A stretch of 64,000 nucleotides of DNA from Hydrolagus colliei (GCA_035084275.1 CM068748.1:3348001-3412000); one strand, 5' to 3'. Counted from the first letter of the stretch, positions 24,441 through 39,069 are shown. Made by a program: numbers and translations. The notes: generated from the sequence alone by a model not told the origin.

Positions 24441-24934
24441 GCAAGAAATGATACTCTACATAAAATAGATTTAGCATGGTTCAAAATGAGTTTCTCCTTT
24501 CCTTCCTTAAATCCCATATAAATCACTTTGAAACTCTGCTTTGACAATCATTGGAAATATGATGCAGTGGTACAAAGAGATGCTACTATCAATGTATGGA
24601 AGCATAAACACCACTCAAGTCAACTTATAGTATTTTGATGCAGTAGACAAGAAATGCATTGCTTGTCTAAGATGGTACAAGTTATAGGGGTGTTCAAAAG
24701 ATTGAGGGGCCAAAAGGAAGGCAATATTTTGAGGAATAACACAGTCTTCATTTAGTAGGTATAATGTATTAAGAAAAAGGAAGGAAACACAGCACACTTT
24801 TGTATACGTTTCCACATTACTGTTTATCATGAAAACTTTGAGAATGGCTGAAATAATCTTGCCAGCCATGACAAAGGAAAATAAAACAGAGAGCGAGAGA
24901 GAGAGAAATAAACCAAATATAAAGTCTACTGGAG

Positions 24935-25062
24935 ACATTTCAAAGCACTTTGCAGAACATACTGTAAAGTAAATTGATTGTATACTTTGGGGGGGATTGC
25001 AGCAGCCAATTGCGCACAGCAGTGTCCCACAACCAGTCGTGGCTGGATTGAGTAACCAATTT
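24935..25062 (-). mobile_element. SINE fragment
   Basis: tcaaagcacttt..tactgtaaagt..gcagccaattgcgcacagcagtgtcccaca. Confidence 0.8.
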
Positions 25063-27822
25063 ATGTTCTTGAAGAGCATGTCACAAAAGCAGCTCTTTAA
25101 GATGTCATTTATACAGGTGAGTGTGAATACTACTTTTACAGGTGCTTCTGTCATCATTTCATTGGTTTGCTAGTTACATAATTTAGGTTAGGGCATCTGC
25201 AATTCCTTTTATTGACCACTTGAAATGTTCTTCCCGTGAGCAGGTTAATAATTTACAATACACCCAGGATCTGTGTCTGTAAAATAGTGACTTATTTCCC
25301 AGTATAAAGCCCTCAATTTGATTAGAACCCAAGTCAACTCTCACATGGCTGCAATACACGGATACTTCCTTTCATGTGAGACCAAGTATCACAGAAATAA
25401 ATCAGCAGCCATAGCAACGGGAGTGGGCATAAGGATCAAAACGCAAACTCCAAAGGGAGAGCTCCAAATAACACACAAAACTACTGAGCTGCATTTATTA
25501 TGAAAATAGATACTGTGTTTGAGCCCATGTCCAACCTGCAACACATTCTCTTGGTTTGCTTGACTGGGGAGATCATCGAAGCTTAGCTGTCACAGTTTAT
25601 GATATCTGAATTGCCTGATTAAGTTACAACCTTGTAATCTACTCTAGTGTTCCCAGCTCATGATCAGATTTAGTTGGTATACTGCTTCATTGCTTTATTT
25701 CGCCACAGTTTGATTTTACTGAGCTGTACTCCAGGGCACTGCTGATGTCAGCAAAGCGAGCCTGGCTCATCGGCAGGATCTGGAAGGGCAAACCAGTCAG
25801 GGAGTCATCGCACTCAGCTCCTATTAACCCTGCAAGCCAAAGCCCTAATGGGGAGGGTGGTCCTAGCTGGACAAGCAACAGGAAAGCTTGCCAGATAGCA
25901 ATATCAATGGCAAGCTATGCAGTTTTAGCTGGTTAAACTCCAGCAATATTCTGGGGTCCCCAGGCCTTGACTCTTGCCAATCTGAACCCAATACTTCCTC
26001 GAACTGGTTAGCAAGTTGTGATCCTCCAAGGAGAAAATGCGCATTCCACTCCCAATAATCTATCTCTGGGATTGCCGTGTGTAGGTGGAATGCAAGGAAA
26101 TCTTAGCTTGGTTTGGATACTTGTAAGGATAGTGAGGGTGTTCCGCATGTGTCCAGGCACTTGGCTGACCGAAAATGCTGACTTGCTGTTCTTCCATAAC
26201 TTAATGAACTCAGCCGCAACTTCTTTGAAGCTGTTTTTCTGGAGTTAGGACTGTAGAAGAATTTACAGAAGACGTGTATGAAAATTGTACGAAAATTCTA
26301 CATTCCCGAGTTATTCCAAATTTCTGGACATTCCAAAACGTTGCATAAATAGGGTAACTGTAGAGCGAGGTGGTATTTATTCCCCCCCGTTTGTGCTATT
26401 TCTTATAAGGCAATGTTGGGTAATGAAAAGTACATTTGGAGGTCAGCATCTCCAACTGTAATCTATTGTTTTAATACTAAATAGATTTGCTTTCATTTTA
26501 AGAAACACATAGTAAATAAGCCTATTGTCTGCGGCTTGCTACCTTTAGGCATTTTGTCTAGTGCTTGGTGTTTGTCTTGTATGATAGCCTTGAAGTAAAA
26601 AAAGGAATGCAATTATTACTCAATGGAGAGTTCATCAATAGTACAATCTGGTAAAGGCTAGACAGTCTCCAATTATTTGCTAGTTTTTTAAAAATATGCT
26701 TTTCGGCTTCCCCAAATGCTTGTTCTGCTATACTTATAAATATTTTCTTTTTCAAATAGTGTTTTTCTTAATTTTCAGAGAGCTACATGCATGAGATTGC
26801 CAAGGAAACTGATGAGGCACACAAGTTATATTGCTGGGACATTTCAGTAATTCTCAGCACAAACACTGCAAAGACTGTGTTAGAAAATGAGTACAGCATC
26901 CTGTCTGGTTGAACCCACAATCAACAACTAAATGGGGTCAAAAGTGTGGTATTCACAACTTGGATTTGTGAAGGATCACAACTATATCAAATCTGGCTAA
27001 TCACTGGATGACACCACGTCAACCCAGAAGTTTGCTTGATAACACCCAGGAGATCACATCAGAGCAGAATTCCTGCAATTGTGTCTTGGGACGACCTCCC
27101 CACATGAAAGACGCTCTACAAATGTAACATTTTATTGTATTTGTATGTACAGTTAACAGCAGGATTTGATACTTAGACACTTTTGTGAATCCAGGATAGG
27201 TCTCTCATATTTTCAATCCCAATTTGACTTGAGCTAGCCATCTAGCTCCCTTCTAATCTCATCAAAGAGAAATGTACCAGACTGAAGGTGATAGGGAATG
27301 GACGGAAATATTTACAGCATTAATATGTATTAACAAGAGATAATCTCATAACCACAACATGATTTTCACCATGGCTGCTATTATTAGGCAACTGAGATCC
27401 TTTGATTACAATACATTCAGTTATAATAATCCAGTTAGGAGTACAGCAGAGAAAATAACTCAATATTACCATAAGCTTTAAGATTTCAGGAGACACTGAG
27501 GTAAACCTCAGTCAAAGATAATATATCAATGGATTTTTAATGAATACTAAGGTGAGTATTACAAGGGGTGTGAGGAAGGAAGGGGCTCTGATACTGTATT
27601 CAGATGTGCATCATTATTTTAACCAACAGAATAGCAGCTCTACAGCACCAACACTAGTTTTTGAGTCAATCAAATACAGAGTACTTGGACTGGCAGCCAT
27701 ATCATTAGCCTTATCTGGATTTTTCACCAACATTTGGACATTAAGGGGTCATTCTCTGCTTTTCAATAACATTTACCAATCCAAACCATGTGTACTTACA
27801 TAACATGAAGAAAACCGCATAG

Positions 27823-28181
27823 TAATAACAATCTTAGCATTTGATAATGCGCCTTATCACGTCTTCGAGGTGTCTAAAGCTCTTCACAGAATGTACTGTA
27901 CAATGAATTGAGTGTATATATCGTGGGTGAAACGTGGCAGCCAACTGCAAACAACGGTGTCCCACAAACAGATGTGAATTGAAATGACCAATTTTTAATT
28001 TTGTTGAAAGAATTATTATCCCGGAAAAGTGATCCGCCAATCGACTAACTTCCAGATTCCTACTTACTGCTGGGTAAACAGAGGTGTTTGGAGTAAGGAA
28101 AGTTGGCCAACGTTTTGCCCTGCTGGGAATTGAACCCAGGCCTCTCGCTGGCGAGACGAGTGCTCTAACCACAGGACTATA
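27823..28181 (-). mobile_element. tRNA-derived SINE, long variant
   Basis: Reverse complement of the same head (ggttcaattcc), internal ctctgtttacccagcagtaagtagg segment and tail. Confidence 0.88.
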
Positions 28182-28519
28182 ATGGGAAATCCAAATACTG
28201 TCAAAGGGTGGGTAAATTTGACCACAAGTGAACACCTTCCAGTAAGTTTGTAACACCATCCATTTAATAACATTGCCACATTAGCAGTATCTGATTGCAG
28301 TCTGCATGGTTTAGAACCAGGTTAATAAATCTTGTAAAATGTGTTAGTCATAGTCATGAAACACAACACAATTAGCCATGAAGCAACTAACTTAATTTGG
28401 AAGGTTCTTCTTCCTCTAAATCAATCTTGTGATCCAGTGGTTGACGACACACTCCATCACTGTTAAGCTCTCCACCGCACTACCCCGTGTGAAGGGCGCT
28501 ATATAAATGCAAGCTGTCA

Positions 28520-28630
28520 TTGTTGGACACCAGTAGAAACCACCCTTTTCTTTTCGAATCATGCCAAGGGATCTTTAACATCCATCTGAGCAGACAGACA
28601 GGTCCTTGGCGTAATGTCTCCTTTGGAGAA
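28520..28630 (-). mobile_element. Deu-domain SINE fragment
   Basis: ttggacacca..ttcgaatcatgccaagggatctttaacatccatctgagcagacagacagg..aatgtctc. Confidence 0.65.
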
Positions 28631-30354
28631 CAGGAATGATTTGATGTCTTCATGAAATGTTTAATAGGCTCCAAATATATCTGTACACTGTGTATGAAGA
28701 TATTAGTAAATCCATTGTATCTAATTCGCAACATTACCAGCATCTTAAGAATTATAAAGAACATTCATTACCTTTTTAGTCTTTCAATCACTGCTCACAT
28801 CCAGAACTGTTGCCTCAGATTTATAGAGCGTGAATGTAAATGGGACTGGGCTATGCTCACATGGGAAATAGTCTAATCTTATTATCATATGGGTCACAGG
28901 GAGGTTACAAAAACACTTGACAAAAATATCATTGTGTACAGTTTTGATTCTTTGGTTTTGGGTAATAAAGAATGATGTATAAGTGTTACCACTTTGTGGA
29001 AATTCTGTTTATTTTGATGAAGGAGGTTAAACCAGGGCATGAAGGCACTTCTATTTAATATATATCTTTCCTTCCAGTTGCTGCAAGACCACATTTTGAT
29101 GTAAATGTGAGAGTATTCCGTTACAAGTAATTCTGTTTTAATGCAAGTCGCTTATTGGGATGTGGACAAATAAAATGATAAACAGTGGAGGTGGTCACTC
29201 AGACAAAATGTTATGGTTCCTTAAAATTATTTTATTTCTACTTTATTTCATTTTATCCTTGATTATATTTCCTTTGCAAAGGCTTCCTCTGCATAAGCAG
29301 AGCACAGGAAGTGATTAAACGACCTGAAATGCGCAATACAAATGTAAATTGTTCTTACTAATTGTCAGCAGAAGTCGCTGTTTAACAGCAACAACAACAA
29401 ACTGTATTTATATAGCGTCTCTCATGCAGGTTAGCATACCAGAGAGCTTATTTAGAACTGGAATGACTATTAGTGAATCCAGGTAGTGAATTCTACATTT
29501 TCAATCCTGATCAAAGTCGTAGTCACTGTTTCGCTAGTTTATTTCTGTGCTCATCATCATCATTATCAATGGTAACAACTTGCATGTATATAACGTCCTT
29601 CAATTGGATAACATCTAGGAAGCACTTTCATTCAATCACATTCTTATTTAATAAGCAAACAATTTAAACAAAGTTAAGGACATCAACAGGGTCCAAATCA
29701 GTATCAACCAAACATCACACATGAAACTTATTGGTCATCAGCTTTCATTTCTTCTCTCTGGATGACATTGCAAGCAATATTTACTACACAATAGAGACAG
29801 CTGTATAATGTACTGTGAATGAAACAATATTGGATCACTGTTTGGGATTTATGACAGGAAACAAGGCATTTTGTTTTGTCTTATGGGGGAGAATACTTTT
29901 CAAGTACTTTTCCCAAATTCCTTACTTGATTCAAGTCAATCCGACAGCGTCAGATCTTGTCAATAGCTTTATTTATCTTCAGGAAGAAAAGCAAATTCAG
30001 ATTAGTTGGATTCAAAGTAATTGGTTTTACATCAATCCCATCATGTTAATGTCCAGCAAAACTGATCAATGACTGGAAATATTTGCTGTATATTTGCATC
30101 TTAAATATCCTCAAATGATTTCCCATGACTAAATGAGCACCAAATCTGGAATTAATTCACGTCACATATTTACACGTGCTTAATTAGAAGTCAATTCTAG
30201 GTCCGTTCCCAATTTATATATCCATTAACTTTAATATTCATTTTTATGTCTGATTTGAATCCAAATTAACTAAGGTAATTTGGATACCTGAAGTAAATCC
30301 GATCCAGCAATAGAGTAGTTGGCCATTTAGTTTATAGAGCTGGCTATCTTATAA

Positions 30355-30520
30355 AAGTTCATTTGAACTTCCAGTTCCATTTCCTCTTCTTTGTCCATAT
30401 CCCTTAAAAACCTGTCTCCCAAATGATCTACCTGTCTGCTTTTTAAACACCTCAATCGATTCTGCCTCTATAGCCTCCTGGGGGCAGTATATTTCACATT
30501 CCCATAACCTATTGTGTAAA
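30355..30520 (-). mobile_element. Old CR1 3' remnant
   Basis: ccatatccctt..tctacctgtctgctttttaaa..tcgattctgcctcta..ttcacattcccataaccta..tgtgtaaaaa resembles the reverse complement of a CR1 ORF2 end. Confidence 0.55.
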
Positions 30521-31638
30521 AACAAAAGCTTTGAACATATGAAACAGATATAAGGATATATATATCATAATATTATGGGTTGGGTCCAACTATCAGATTG
30601 GAGCCAATACAATGCTATTCCAGCACCACATTGCACATTTTAGAGGATCTCAGTGAAGCGCAGAGGGAGTTGGACCGAGACTGGCTTTCTCAATATTGCA
30701 ATATTTATCTGGCCTTATGCCAGTATGCATGTCAAGTCTGAAGGAATAACATATCAAGAGCATCTGTTAAAATATGCTTTAGAGCAGAGATTATTCTGTA
30801 TCCACCACATTCAAAACCCAGGTGCATAACCTGTAGAGCAATATGTATTATTTGCACATTATATTGCCCGCTGTTCTTTAATCAAAACTGGCTGCTGATT
30901 TTAGTTCAGGAATCAACCGTTTCTTTCTCAGCCAAGTTGATCCATGACAATGCCAAAGGATTCTTCCAACATGCGTTCCCTTTATTGAAAACAGCTAAAG
31001 TGCTAGAAAACATACATTTTACAACCAATACTGTACCTAATATTTAGAAGCCTAATGAATTATTTTGGCAAAAACTCCAATAAATGGTTTCAATGTTTGT
31101 TGGCTCCACTGGAGGGCACATGAGCATAGAACCCTCTTGTGCTATGCCTTCAATGCCACTTACAAATGAACAGAAGAAGGCAGCGTGGATTAACTACCAT
31201 TCAAAAAGCTGGTTGGGCTCCAGTCATGGCTTCACTCAAGGACAGACATAGAATAACAGTCCAAAACGGCATGTTACATATTGGCTCACCTGTTGTTCCA
31301 TTGCTGCTTGATTTTCTTTTGAATTCAATGAGTGGCATATCACAATCATAGAAAAACTGGAACAAAGTGACCCTGCTCCTTTTCAATTTGATCCTTTAAG
31401 CTCTGAAGTTTTAAATTCTCAACAAATTGAATTCTTGATTTTCTTGATTTTTTCTAGTCATGAGGTTGAGCTGAAACCCTGCGGCCCTAAACTAGCAAAC
31501 TATCAGTCACAACACTTACATGGCCTTAAAACAAATTAGGTGATTAGCTGGTTATATTTTTTCAGTTTCAAGCAGTTTCATAAAATCAGATGATACTGTT
31601 CCCTACAATTGTGGCTACCGGAGGTCGCTGTATGACAA

Positions 31639-31963
31639 GCGGCCTGTAGCTCAGTGGTAGAGCACTCGCCTTACAAGCGTGAGACCTGAGTTTTGAATCC
31701 AGGCAGGTCAGGGCGAAACCTCGGGCAAGTTTCCTTACTCCACACGCCAAATAATAATCCGTAAAAAAAAAAAACACGATAATAAAATTTGTCATTTCAA
31801 TCCATGACTGTCTGTGGGACACTGCTGTGCGCAATTGGCTGCTGTGTTTCACCCACAAATATACAGTCAATTCACTTTACAGTATATTCTGTGAAGCGCT
31901 TTGAGACGTCTAGAAGATGCGAAAAGTGCTATATCAAATGCAAGGATTGTTATTATTTTATTA
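31639..31963 (+). mobile_element. tRNA-derived SINE, short variant
   Basis: cctgtagctcagtggtagagcactcgccttacaagcg..; complete body and tail. Confidence 0.92.
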
Positions 31964-32324
31964 CAAAATTCGCCCCTGAAATAAACCGTCACCCGACATA
32001 ACTCACTCAGTATATCCTAGCTGTTTCCAGTAAGAAATGTTAATGATGATCCTTGAATAATGAGTCACCCTGGATATCTCATAACTTGTCAGGTTTTGGC
32101 ACTTTTAGTACGGTACATTGTTTTCATAAAATACTTCTGATAACTCAGCAATCAATAAAGCAAATCCGAAGTTGGAATCAAGTATAAATTTCCCGGGTCT
32201 ATACTGAATAATTAAACGGCAAATAAAGTTGAGATTCTTTTGTGATTGCGATCATTTTTGCTATGCATTGCTATGCAAGCTTGCTTGCAGTTTAAGCAAA
32301 AATATACGTATTGTTTGAATTTAA

Positions 32325-32480
32325 TAAACCTTGCATTTGATATAGCGCCTTATCCTGTCATTGAGATGTCTCAAAGCACTTCACAGGATTTACTGTAAAG
32401 TGGAATGACTGTGTATTTGGTGGGTGAAAATGTGACAGGAAATTGTGCATAGCATTGTCCCACAATTAGCCATGAAGTGA
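32325..32480 (-). mobile_element. SINE 3' fragment
   Basis: ccttgcatttgatatagcgcc..tctcaaagcacttcacag..gtcccaca. Confidence 0.8.
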
Positions 32481-35400
32481 ATACCAAGACACCAGGAGAG
32501 AGAATCTCGGTTTATATGTCTCATCAGAAGAACAGTTATCCACATAGTTTATGTACATCAATAACTAGCTGGGCTTGCCATGGCTGAATGTCTTGTTTTC
32601 GTGTTGTATCATCTACATATTATTACATGTAAATTGCACAAATTCATATTTCAACAACTTGGATTTAGAAAATCTGCATTGTTACCACCATAGGTTACCC
32701 TATATTCCCTACTTCAGGACTTTACTAGATACACAAGTATCATTGTAATAAAAAGTTCTCTGAAATTAATACTTTAGAATGATCAGCATGAACCATTCAG
32801 AGCTGTAATTATGTGCCTAATGGTGTTTCTGTGGCAACCTGACATCACGCCATCCGCGATCCAATGATATATACGGTGGGAAACGTGTATTCAAATAACC
32901 TTTTGGACAAAGTTGACAATCATTTTAACTGCCATACAACAAGCAGCCTCATCCATATTAATTTCTGAAGCTCTCTAAAACGATTTCGATCCTTTAAAGT
33001 ACGACTCTCTTGGGTTTTCGCTTCGCCATGAATGGCAACTGAGTTTAAATTCTCCCCGTAGTTCAACTGGATCTCGTGTCAGCATTTTGTTTGCGTCAAA
33101 CTGAATAATGATGTTCGGATCAGAAGCCGCATGCAACCCATCCAGGTTCTTAAATTAGGTTGTCACCACTGTGGTTTCTTTTAAGCAAAGGAAGTTGGTG
33201 TTGGGGATATGTCTTTTATTTGGAACAATCTCAAAAATGTATTCCAAAAAGTTTCATCGAGTTTTATTACTTTTAAGAACACATAATAAACCTTATGTTT
33301 GTGATAGTGCCTTAGCACAGTTTTGACGTGTCTCAAAATGCTTCATAGGATTTTACCATGAAGCGTAATTACTGCTTTGGAGGTTCTTCGGGGGTTCTTA
33401 TCTATTCTGAGTGGGATGACCCTTTTAGATGATGGTAGGTTTTGTGTTAAATGTATCCCTCAATACTTATATTTGCAGAACAAAGAGTGGCTCAATACTG
33501 CATATCTCACAGTTCAATCGGTCCCACAGTCATGGCGATTTGAACCCAAACAAACAGTTTAGAAGCAGCATAAACGCTAGCACCTCCCATCTTATCAAAA
33601 TCACCACCAACAACAGCAACCTGACTTTACCCTATAGATTCGCTCATTTTAGTTTAGAAACTTCCAGCACAGAGGGAAGCCTGATTCTAAACAGTCTGAG
33701 TGAATGGGTAATGCATACTTCTGTAAGGGTCTGTGACAGCAGCATGGCTCTGCTGAGATAAGTAACTTTAGTATAAAGGGTTTGCCTTGGTTCTGAAAGA
33801 CACACTACATTAAGAATGTCATTTGCTAGGAAAGGCTTATTTCTTCTTTCTAGATCATAGACGACAATTGTCAGCTTATGTGAATCATGCACATGCTAAT
33901 ATGAGGCATAGACCTTTCAAATTCTGATGCCCTGGCTACATTGTTCAGACAGTATAGGGGGCGAGACATAAATTGGTTCTGTTCAGCTTTCATTTTGTAA
34001 GTGGTGTCAGAGCCCCATGTTATTTGTGATCTAGAGGAAGTGATCAGTAACATCCCCATGCTCCATTACAACAGTTTGATGAAATGTTGGTGGAAGTGCT
34101 AAGATGCCTCAAATGATCATTGCATGAGAGGCTGGGGTCATCCAATGATTTATGCGAAGGTGAAATTGACAATTATGAGATGAAAGCCCATTCAATCGTA
34201 TAGTGGTGTTTGCTTCTTTTCAATAATGTAGTCATTCACACGAAAGAAAAAATATGAAGCCAAATCTTCTAATCTTCAACAGTCTGAATGGTATGCATAC
34301 AATTCCAGGTGTAAGAAAGACAAAGTTATACCTCAGATATTTTTTTTCCAGATATTTTGATTGGGCCAGATCAAAACGTTAGTGAGCCAATTTGATTTTG
34401 TAGTGGTTATAGAACCAATGGCCTGACTTCTGGCATTAGGAGATGCAGCAGTAAACTTGCATGTACATGAATTGCCTGCTCTATATTGTTTTGGCCACAA
34501 ACCCTCCCAACTTTGGGTGACACAATCAATTTTCTATAAACATGGGACAAACAGTCCATTCAGAGATCCCAGATCATTTGAGGACAAGTTCAATGTGAGC
34601 GCTCCCTTTACTCTGGAACAAAATACAGACACAAGCACTAAGAGTTCTGAAACCGTTTATTTGAACAACGCGACTATTCTCTGCAATGACATCTCTTCTA
34701 AATGTATTCTATATTTGTCGGTAAATACTTTTACTATACAATCTGACGGTCTATGCAGTGATATCCATCTTATAAAAGATCTGGTAACCTTCGGAGAGTA
34801 CACGAACACCCAATAAAACAAATGTTTGGAAAGCAGCCCATTTGTGAAGTCAGATCACAGATACATAGTTAGCTACACTATCTATGGAGTACAGGGATTT
34901 TCTACGAATAAACACAAGGCAGCACTGTCTACAAAACACTGTCCATCATTATGGCCAAAGTCCAAACTTGCACACAATGTGCTGCTACATCTGCCACATT
35001 GCTTTGGCTCAACAATGTTTTTTTGCAATAGGAACTTTGTGCCTTGTTACTTCCTGACACATTGCCATGCATTAATTGGTCTGATAGCGAATTCTCATAG
35101 CCTGAATGCATCTTTCGTTCCTTTGGTAACATAATGTTTCCAACAATATAAAAACACTCCAACCAACCTATTGATCCAACAGGCTGGAAACGGTGGAAGC
35201 TCAGAAAATTAATATTCAACAAAGAATTTATTCAAAGTTATGATTATGAAACAGTTCTTTGTATTAAATTTCTTTTCATAATACAGTATATCCTTCTTTT
35301 GCCAATGAAGGGGAAAACACTCTTGAGTACAATTGCTCTTTTTATAACCAGTGCCATTGACCATGAAACACAAAGAATCCAATAGCATAATCTCCTAGAC

Positions 35401-38400
35401 TTGAATCAATTGACTATGGAAAACCAGCTATTAGCACTAAAGACACAAATTCCATGGATTTTAATTACGTTTGCCAAAAGCAGATGATTATAGAGATGAG
35501 CCACCAATTACATCTAATAGCTTCTAATATTTTTAATTACAAGAAAGGTTTATTGTAGTTTGTGGCTCCATAAACATTGACTGATTCACAAGAATCTATC
35601 TTTCCATTGTTGGAATCTATACAATGTCAGAAAATGAAACAAGATGTTTTTTAAATCCCACTTACAAATACAAAGTGGATTTGGATAAAATCACAATTTG
35701 TTAACTTCACTTGAGAGGCTTTGTGTTATGAGTGTGGATTCAGTTAATTTTTATTCCCTCTGAAATTAAAACCACACAGGTCAGGCTGCCAGCTTTTGCT
35801 ACAGCATGTAACTGATTTTATATTGGGTTTAGTTCAAATAAGCAAAGGAACTGAAGTAAATCAGATTTAACTCTTTAACCTTTGGGCTCCTGTCTCATTT
35901 ATGAATCAAATGAAAAATACAAGAAGGAAAAACAACATGCTCCAGAAATAAGGACCCTTTTGCTCCAGATAGTTAACCATTTGTCTTATGAACCTAGCCT
36001 GCTCATTGAATAATAAAACCTATCCGAAAGAACCGCACTGAATTAGCAGGAATTGTTCAACACCTTGAGAGATAAAAACAAAGAACACAGTGGAAAGAAT
36101 ATCGAAATGGCTTCTAAATATTTATAATTATAAGGAATTCTTGTTCACGACTCCATAAACATTTAAATAAACTGATTCCATATAGTCATACCAGTCAGCA
36201 TACCAGTTATTAAAATAATAGGAATAAATAAAGTGGAATTTTAAGAAGCCATGGGTCTGACTGATTTATGTTATGTCAGTGAGAAGTACTGTATAAAATA
36301 CTAGGGACGTCTTGACAGAGATTTATTAATATGGTGAAGCAGTCTGGCACAGGTACCACTTGTGTAAAATATCGGGACTGATAAAACAATATACTCCTGG
36401 TTGGAAGGGCACTTTAATGCACTCTGACCTGCTAGCAAATAAGAGTTATTTTCACCTATAAGACATAACATGCTGAGTTTTCCAGTCACATGTAAGCTGT
36501 CAAGGGGAAGTGGTGATAGGAGTCAATTATTTTTCCTTGAAAGGAAGGAAAAATAGTAAGTACCACAAATTATGCTGATTCCTTTTCTACCTGTTTGTTG
36601 CAGGGTGGCATTGACAAAAGCCTGGGGGCTATCTCCATTCCTCCCCAATCAGCGCAGGAATGAATCTGGGCACCAATGACTCACATCTGAGGTTAGGTGG
36701 CTTAGAATAGGGGGTGGTTGCACATATCGCAGTGTGCTGACACTTGAAAATAATTATAGTAAGAGGGGCATCACACGGCAAAAGTTTGGATACTAGGATA
36801 TTTGCACTACCTTGTTTTAAAACAGGAGTAAAAAGTATTCAAGAATTGTTAGGGTAATTTTTACACAGAATACATGAGCTTCATACAGAAAAGCTTGAAC
36901 TTTTTAAAAAAAAGTACAGCACAGAGTTTGTCAAATACATTACTGCTTACTAAAATAAAATAAACTTAGCCATTTATCTCATTGTTGTTCGTGAGATGCT
37001 TGTTCAATAATGAAAAGGTGCTATCACATTGAAAAAAATGTGTTAATGACAGCCTTCCTGCAATGAATACATGAATCTTTACAAAAAGAATATTTCAGAT
37101 AGGAGTTCAGATGTATGAGAACACAACTGCAAATACAAAAACAACTAATCTGTCCCTTATTCGGTCACGGCTTTCCACTCCACTCCAGGGATTAGTCTGG
37201 ATTGAATTTTAAGTTTGCCTCCATTACTCTCCAAAATAAATTAGAATTTGCCATTTAATTGGCCGGAGTGAATTTTGACAAACAACATTTATGATATTTA
37301 ATCCAACTCATATGTTTAATCAACATTTGAAGAAAAGAACACAATTGGGAAATCAAATTTATGACTCTTAAACATAACATGTGGACCGAACGCCTTGTTG
37401 CTAACCCAGAGTTCCGAGGCAAAAAATACAGCACCCAACTGCAGTTCCTGCTGAGAGCAGCTAACTAAACAAGGCAAAGGTTCAAACCTGGGACTGCCCT
37501 ACTTTGCTTTGCTCAGTCGCTCACTTCACAACCTGGCTATAACATCAGACAAGCATCCTTGTGGCAGTTAATCCGGTTTCAACGGCATTCCTCTCCAACC
37601 TGAAACCGATTTCAATTTGTTAGTAACATTTTATTGAAATCTATGGGAGAGTATGAGCAATCACCAGAAACTATGATGTCTCTTCTAGGAATGCAGGAAT
37701 TGAGCCCATTGAACGTGTTCTGTCATTTCATGAGATATTTGAATCCCGTTTAGCGGTACTGTACTGTATATGAAGGAAACAAAACACCAAGGAAACTTTC
37801 TGGATAGAGTCCTAAGAAATTAGTCAACACGCTGTTAATGAAGTAGGTAATAATGTAGCCACATCCAATTGGAATCATGTGTCAATGTGAAGAAAGTACT
37901 TGCACAGTAAAAAGCTAAAAGTTCTGTAGATAGAAACACGTTAAAAAAAAGGGCAGAATTACGTTGGTAGTAAACTGGCGTTGGTAAAAAGAGCAGAGAG
38001 AGAATAGGAATAAGAAAGAGAAAATAGATAAGAAAAAGTAATGATGGGGCAAAGGATGTGCAATGTGTTATTTTTTTCTTGGTATTATTTGATTGTATTT
38101 ACTTTTGTAGACTAGGGTTAATATTACGTTTTTTTTTAAAAAAGCTATCTTGAAGTTTGAACAGCTTAATTCCTGAGATACTAGTACTTGTTCCAATGGC
38201 AAAGTGCATTAGTTGTCAATATAAGGAGCTGGCGTGCTCACAGAGAAATGAGACTCTGCAGACTCTCTAGTAGCAAAAGGTTAACATGAAGCTTGGTGTC
38301 ACATGAGGACTACCTCCAAATTTATCTCATCCTCTCTCCTATTCCTTTCAACCTTGGTAATGCCTTGGCTTATTATCTAAGGTATTCAACACAAACAAAA

Positions 38401-39069
38401 AATGATGGAAGAAGGCCATGAGAGCAATAAAAGTGCCCATACGCGTGGTAATATTGCATCTGAAGTGCACCCAAAGTGTTTCCATGTGTTTTCAACTAGA
38501 CATGCTTCAATGCAAAAAACATGTGGGTGTGTCTGCTGGATATAAATCCAGTACTTAACGTAAGGTGATATTTCTTGACAGTTCCATCAGGGTGATGCTG
38601 CTTTTCATTTTTTTTATCATGAACATTAATGCTGGCTGCAAAAAGGATGGTGAATAAAGTAAACAGAATTTCTGGAGGTATCTGAAAGAATCAGTTTGAC
38701 AGACTGCAATAACTCTGACGATGCCATCAAAGCATTCATTTGAGTTCAGCTGAATCAAACTACACAGTTCTCGACAAATGGTAAACCAAACCAGATTTGA
38801 AGCACACCAAAGCACATATGAGCTAAGTTGAAAACTTTTTATTTAAAACCTGAAAGAAACATATATTATCCATAATTCCTTTTTGACATCTCATTCACGC
38901 GAATGGGAATCTTTACTCACCCAAATTCACTTTTCGCTCACTAAGAAATGTTACCAAGGAAAGTCAATATCACAAATGAAAAGAAATGAACATATTTTAT
39001 CGCTAAAGCTGTATGTTGTGAGTGTGTGTCTGTGGATGAAGAATTTCAGGAGGTAAATAATAAATAATT

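Noticed and set aside
19709-24468. Many overlapping + strand and alternative-frame ORFs
   Set aside because: Shadow ORFs of the GC-rich L2 element.
24615-25157. 180-aa ORF
   Set aside because: Reads through a SINE fragment and an (AG)n tract; no protein-family signal.
33644-33892. ORF fragment 'IVVYDLERRNK' resembling ADAM12 exon 3 (..LIINLERNE)
   Set aside because: No GT donor at the expected position, no convincing acceptor, and similarity limited to a few residues.
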